64,000 bases of DNA from Kudoa neothunni (taxonomy: Eukaryota > Animalia > Cnidaria). Where the stretch lies: NCBI GenBank assembly GCA_964304625.1, contig OZ199838.1, forward strand, positions 7,675,466-7,739,465. The letters run 5' to 3'. Numbering within the stretch: the first letter of the stretch is position 1; every line of letters starts with the position of its first letter. Of the stretch, positions 62,456-64,000 are shown piece by piece. A model generated the notes under the pieces. The model searched no databases and was not told where the DNA came from. It saw only the letters and a program-made list of their open reading frames with translations. The position numbers and the translations under genes are program-made.

Positions 62456-64000
62456 CAGTCGAACCTGGATATTGCGTAATTTCACAAGTTTATTGAAATA
62501 TAACGTATATTTTCGATTTTTTTAATTTAAACATTGCGTATATACTATTTAAATAGATGTTAACAAAGCAAGTTAAGATAAAAAGTTGTTACTAATTAAG
62601 TAAAAATTTAAGATATTGCGCTAAAACTAAAATCTCTCTACCGCGTAACATTTTGTTTAGTTTAATCCCCACTTAATCTTCTTTTCGAATTCTGCGAAAC
62701 AAAAATGGCAAGGAACCAGCGAGCGGTGGCTGAAAAAATTGAAATTATCGAATACTATAATTCAATTAAATCTCTTAAAGGAGCAAAAGCAATGACTGTT
62801 AAACATTTCAAGCTATCTAGTAGTATAAAATTATCTAACCCCATTAAAGTATATTTGCAGGGCACTCTGCACTTGATAGGATTTTAGCCGCTCAACATGA
62901 TATTATTAATTCTACTGTTTCAGCCTCAAGAAAAAGAATGAAAGAAGGCAAATGCAGGGAGTTGGGCAATTTGCTCTATGCGTGGATCACTAAAATGCGA
63001 AATCAGAAGAAGATTGTCTCTGAATACTTAATTGTTGAAAAGACCAAAAGTATCGCTAAATCTATAGGGCTTAATGAATTTGCCGGTAGTGATGGTTGGT
63101 TTGTGGGATTTAAAAATAGATACTGTATTCATTATAAAAAATTGCACGATGAAGCCAGCAGTGTGAATAATCCAACTGTACTGGATTTTTTGGTTAAATT
63201 TCCAGAAATCTCACTAGGATACAAAAAATGCAACATAATAAATGTGGATGAAACGTCTTTTTTTATAAACAGTTACTCTTACACACGTATACTCTAAATG
63301 ACGAATCCGATGTAAAAGGAATGAACCAATCCAAGAAAAGGGTTACCGTTATTGTGTCTACGTCTTTAACAGGGGAAAAATTCCCACTTATTGTAATAGG
63401 GAAGTATCAAAAATCCAGGTGTTTTAATAAATCGGAGCAACTTCCTTTGAAATATTATGCACAAAAAAATGCTTTGGACGTCTTCTGAAACTTTTTACGA
63501 TGTCCTTAAATCCTATGATAAAAAATTCCAAGAGGAAAAAAGGAAAGTTCTAATATTATTGGATCAGTGTCCTGTGCATCCACAAAACCTTTGTGAATTT
63601 GAAAATGTTAAACTGATATTTTTACCTAAAAACACCACAAGTGTATTACAACCAATGGACTTTGGTGTCATACGCAGTTTAAAATAACAGTATCGTAAAA
63701 TTTTGACAAATTATCAATTATCTGAAGACAACAATTCAAATTTAATTAAGTATACCGTTTTGGATTGTATAAAAACTTTGAAACAGGCATGGGAAAACGT
63801 ATCTTCGACTACTATTCAAAATTGTTTCAGAAAATCTAGACTTTTTGAGCATTGTAATTCCATCCTTTATCACCTTGAATTAAAAATTATTAGATGGCGA
63901 AATCTTACCTCAAGATTTTCCTGATAATGAAGGTGAAAATTTTGTCACACTTTTACATTGTTGATCAACCTTATTTTTTAGATGAAAAAATTTGACGAAA
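62456..64000 (+). mobile_element. pogo/Tigger transposon, decayed, runs off the window end
   Basis: TA-CAGTCGAACCTGGATATTGCGT terminus. GSDGWFVGFKNRY, NVDETS, LDQCPVHP..QPMDFGVI. Confidence 0.92.

Noticed and set aside
62830-62900. Another small LTR-like insert in the last Tigger
   Set aside because: It ends in CA, but no TG start or TSD could be found.

Overview
AT-rich eukaryotic nuclear DNA, not prokaryotic. By eye about three quarters is nested, mostly decayed transposon sequence: piggyBac (>=9 copies or ends), pogo/Tigger (5 plus a MITE), Tc1/IS630, Mutator/MULE (4 plus a long-TIR non-autonomous family), Merlin/ISXO2 (>=6 fragments), hAT (3 plus a MITE), non-autonomous Helitrons (4-5) and three very short LTRs. 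Four spliced host genes survive as islands, all on the + strand, with GT-AG introns almost all 38-51 nt: RPL22 (2496-3006), CDT1 (24598-26752), an unrecognised coiled-coil gene (38558-40477) and PRP31 (47966-49639). The organism cannot be identified from this window; tiny introns, divergent proteins and heavy TE load suggest a compact-gene parasitic eukaryote (inference). Most notable: a 99-bp TG...CA element with a 5-bp target-site duplication (TSD) whose body is a tRNA-like sequence (32976-33074); two apparent +1 frameshifts in the essential PRP31 gene; and RPL22 enclosed by a near-perfect ~365-bp inverted repeat made of two piggyBac ends. All calls were made by eye; boundaries without a stated TIR or TSD are approximate.
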